A DNA stretch of 64,000 nt, taken from assembly GCA_963732385.1 (NCBI GenBank), contig CAVSZB010000007.1:1376001-1440000 (forward strand), given 5' to 3'. This DNA is from an uncultured bacterium (GTDB taxonomy: Bacteria > Krumholzibacteriota > Krumholzibacteriia > LZORAL124-64-63). The position numbers and the translations under genes are program-made. Positions within the stretch are counted from its first letter, which is position 1; every line of letters begins with the position of its first letter. This document shows, one piece after another, positions 61,491-64,000 of the stretch. The notes under the pieces are model-generated. The model was given only the letters and a program-made list of their open reading frames with translations. It ran no database searches and had not been told where the DNA came from.

Positions 61491-62882
61491 CTACTGCCCC
61501 GGGTGTTTTTCGAGCCAGCGGTTGTACAGCCACATGCTCAGCGCCGACAGGAAGCCGATCGTCATCAGGATCAGCCAGCCGGCCGTGGCCGCCGCGGGGC
61601 GCAGCTCGAGCAGGCCGTTGGGCAGTTCGACGGCGCCGCGGGCCATGACGTCGTTGAAGATGACCGCGCCGACCGGTCCGCCCACGAGCGAGCCGATCGC
61701 CATCGGCAGATTCGCGTAGCCGAGGAACAGCCCCTCCTGCCCCTTCGGCGCGAGCGCGCCGATCCATTCGTAGGTGCGGGGCGAGGTGAACAGTTCGCCG
61801 AAGGCGATCAGCGACACGGTCAGGATGATGAACAGCGAGCCGATCGGCAGCCAGTTCATGGTCAGCGCCCGCACGCCGCCCGCGGCCCAGATCGGCACGA
61901 TGTTGAGCACCATCGACAGGCCGATGATGACCGTGCCGACGACGATCGAGCGGATCGGCCGCATCTTCCCGAACAGTTTCGTGATCAGCAGCTGGAAGGC
62001 GACGATGGTGATGGGATTGGCCGCGGTGTACAGGTCCATCGCCGGATCGGTCTCGACCACCCGCTTCACGTACAGCGGCAGCACGTTGTAGACCTGGTTG
62101 TACAGGAACCAGAAGCCGGACGACACGAGCAGAAAGAGCGCGAACCGGCCGTTGCGCAGCACCAGAACCATGTTCAGCAGGACCTGCCCGGGCGTCTTGC
62201 GCGGCTGCGCCTTCGCCTCCGCCGACCGCTCCTGGTCACGATAGAAGAACAGCACGACGAAGAAGGCCACGACCGCCGCGCCGGTGGCCACGGCGAAGAT
62301 GAAACTCAGGTTGTCGTAGACGTGCCGCACGTAGTAGGCGACCACGCGTCCGACCAGCGAGCCGATGTTGATCACCATGTAGAAGATCGCGAAGGCGAGC
62401 GTGGCCCGACCGGCGTGCGTCTTCTGGACCGTGCCGCTGATGCACGGCTTGATGATCGAGCCGCCGACGCCGATCAGCACGATGGCCAGCAGGATCGGCA
62501 GCAGGACCCCCTGCCCCGCGGTCATCTCCCTGCCGACCCCGGGCGCAAGCGTCTGCCCGCCGAACCAGACGGGGTAGCCCATCATGAAATAGCCCGCCGC
62601 CAGCAGCACGAACGCCAGCAGCAGAGACTTCCGGAAGCCGACCTGGTCGGCGATCGTCCCCGAGAGGATCGGCAGGAAGTAGACCAGGAACCAGAGCGTG
62701 CCGTTCAGGTTGCTGGGCCAGTAGGAGCCCAGCCCGAGCCGCCCGAGGTAGATGACGACGAAGCTCGCCATGGAGTAGTAGGCGGCCCGTTCGAACAGCT
62801 CGGTGACGTTGGCCATCCAGAACACACGGGGAAATTTCTGCGGGACGGGGGTGGCGGCGGACTCGCCGGGAGTCGTCGTCAT
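61491..62882 (-). CDS. POT/PTR-family MFS peptide transporter
   Basis: ELFERAAYY (ExxER), IADQVGFRK, FAIFYMVINIGS, GELFTSPR. Start reassigned to ATG 62882. Confidence 0.88.
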   Translation of the reverse strand: MTTTPGESAATPVPQKFPRVFWMANVTELFERAAYYSMASFVVIYLGRLGLGSYWPSNLNGTLWFLVYFLPILSGTIADQVGFRKSLLLAFVLLAAGYFMMGYPVWFGGQTLAPGVGREMTAGQGVLLPILLAIVLIGVGGSIIKPCISGTVQKTHAGRATLAFAIFYMVINIGSLVGRVVAYYVRHVYDNLSFIFAVATGAAVVAFFVVLFFYRDQERSAEAKAQPRKTPGQVLLNMVLVLRNGRFALFLLVSSGFWFLYNQVYNVLPLYVKRVVETDPAMDLYTAANPITIVAFQLLITKLFGKMRPIRSIVVGTVIIGLSMVLNIVPIWAAGGVRALTMNWLPIGSLFIILTVSLIAFGELFTSPRTYEWIGALAPKGQEGLFLGYANLPMAIGSLVGGPVGAVIFNDVMARGAVELPNGLLELRPAAATAGWLILMTIGFLSALSMWLYNRWLEKHPGQ

Positions 62883-63115
62883 ACGGCGTCCTTTCAGCCG
62901 GGGACAAGGCGCCACCTGCCCGCCGAGGGGCGCGGGCAGCGGGGAATCTGAGCATTCTACACGGCGCAGCGGCCGCCGGGCAAGCGGTCGCAGCGCGCGC
63001 CAATAATCGGCACGGGATATGCGGATTGAAAGAAAGATTCCCTCCCGTTGCGATGCGGCCACCACGTTGGTCCGCTGCAGGTGTCATCATTCCGTTGCCG
63101 ACAAGGAGTCCTGTC

Positions 63116-64000
63116 ATGCGCATCCCGTCCTCCCGTGCCGTCCGGGGGCTCTTCGTGGTGCTCCTCGCGTGCGCGTCCGCCTGCCTGGTGGCGCCTGCGG
63201 CCGTTGCCCAGGACTGTTCCGATTTCGAGAACCTCATTCACTACGTCGGCTCGCTGCCGCCGGTCGGCAGGACGCTGGGCGTGACCGCGTCCGACGACGA
63301 CCTCTTCATCATGCTCGACGGCGCGGCAGGGGCGCGCATCTTCCGGATGGTGCCCCAGCAGGGACCCGAACAGACGGCGACCATCGCCGCCCTCGATTCG
63401 CTGCGACACGCGGTCTTCCTGGGCACGGACCTCTACGTGGCCGACGGCTCGCGCATCATCGTCTACGACCTGAGCGACCCCACCGCGCCGGCGCAGCTCG
63501 GCGCCCTCGATTTCCGCGGCAACGAGATCCGCAAGCTGGCGATCTGGGACAACCTGCTGGTCGCGGCGCGCGGCGTCGACGGCCTCTCCCTCCTCGACTG
63601 CAGCGATCCGTCGGCCCTGGACTATCTCGTGACGCTGCCGATGCCCGGCGCGGGCGCGCTCGACGTCGCGGTGCGTGACAACATCGTGGCGGTGGCGACC
63701 GGCGACACGCTGTTCACCTTCGACTGCAGCGACCCTGCGTCGCCGCTGTCTGGCGCCAGCCTGGCTCTGCCGGGGCAGGCGAGCCTTGTGACCTGGGACG
63801 GCGACTGGGCCGCGACCGCCGGCACGGCGTCCGGCGTGCCGATCGTCGACATGTCGGATCCCCTGGCGCCGAATCCGCTCGTCACCCTGGCCTACCCGTC
63901 GCCGCGCGCCCTGTTCGCCTCCGGCGACCTGCTGTACGCGAGCGCGGACTACTTCACCGTGACCGACCTGGGCGATCCCTCCTCGCCGGAGCGGCTGGGC
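63116..64000 (+). CDS. Secreted LVIVD-repeat beta-propeller protein (runs off the window)
   Basis: AAGGAG RBS, signal peptide MRIPSSRAVRGLFVVLLACASA..., repeats IIVYDLSDPTAP / LSLLDCSDPSA / LFTFDCSDPASP / VPIVDMSDPLAP. Absent from the ORF track because it has no stop in the window. Confidence 0.85.
   Translation, partial: MRIPSSRAVRGLFVVLLACASACLVAPAAVAQDCSDFENLIHYVGSLPPVGRTLGVTASDDDLFIMLDGAAGARIFRMVPQQGPEQTATIAALDSLRHAVFLGTDLYVADGSRIIVYDLSDPTAPAQLGALDFRGNEIRKLAIWDNLLVAARGVDGLSLLDCSDPSALDYLVTLPMPGAGALDVAVRDNIVAVATGDTLFTFDCSDPASPLSGASLALPGQASLVTWDGDWAATAGTASGVPIVDMSDPLAPNPLVTLAYPSPRALFASGDLLYASADYFTVTDLGDPSSPERLG

Overview
High-GC bacterial chromosomal window with about 50 genes, mostly on the - strand. 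I found no rRNA, tRNA, CRISPR array, integrase or transposase. Gene content and a secreted protein ending in ...SSWSSVKSQYR suggest an anaerobic FCB-group lineage (Krumholzibacteriota/Latescibacterota/Eisenbacteria-like); this is inference only. Left to right: (1) a signalling block in which nearly every catalytic or phospho-motif is degenerate (pseudo-esterase, MCP-like, CheA-like, small HTH, STAS-GAF-HD-GYP*, REC*-GAF-HD-GYP); (2) a queuosine locus where a DUF3524/GT4 glycosyltransferase resembling eukaryotic tRNA-queuosine mannosyltransferase (GTDC1/QTMAN) sits head-to-head with queF, next to queG and an AmmeMemoRadiSam radical SAM gene. This is my best candidate for an undescribed system (bacterial Q-glycosylation); (3) nucleoside salvage genes (guaB, hpt, udk, nupC), tag, an RND pump, ggt and a TrmH methyltransferase; (4) a CzcCBA-type metal efflux operon; (5) a LysR-controlled operon (aconitase-like pair, class III CoA-transferase, HMG-CoA-lyase-like, decarboxylating dehydrogenase) carrying five single-base indels; (6) a Ni transporter and a group-3c-type NiFe hydrogenase (MvhADG) operon with two complementary HdrA paralogues and a QmoC-like membrane subunit, no HdrB, and a Rex/CRP-type palindrome upstream; (7) a sensor kinase, secreted proteins, a cyclophilin and a POT transporter. 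Many start codons were moved from the ORF track using RBS position and gene overlaps. All family calls come from motif recognition by eye, not database searches.
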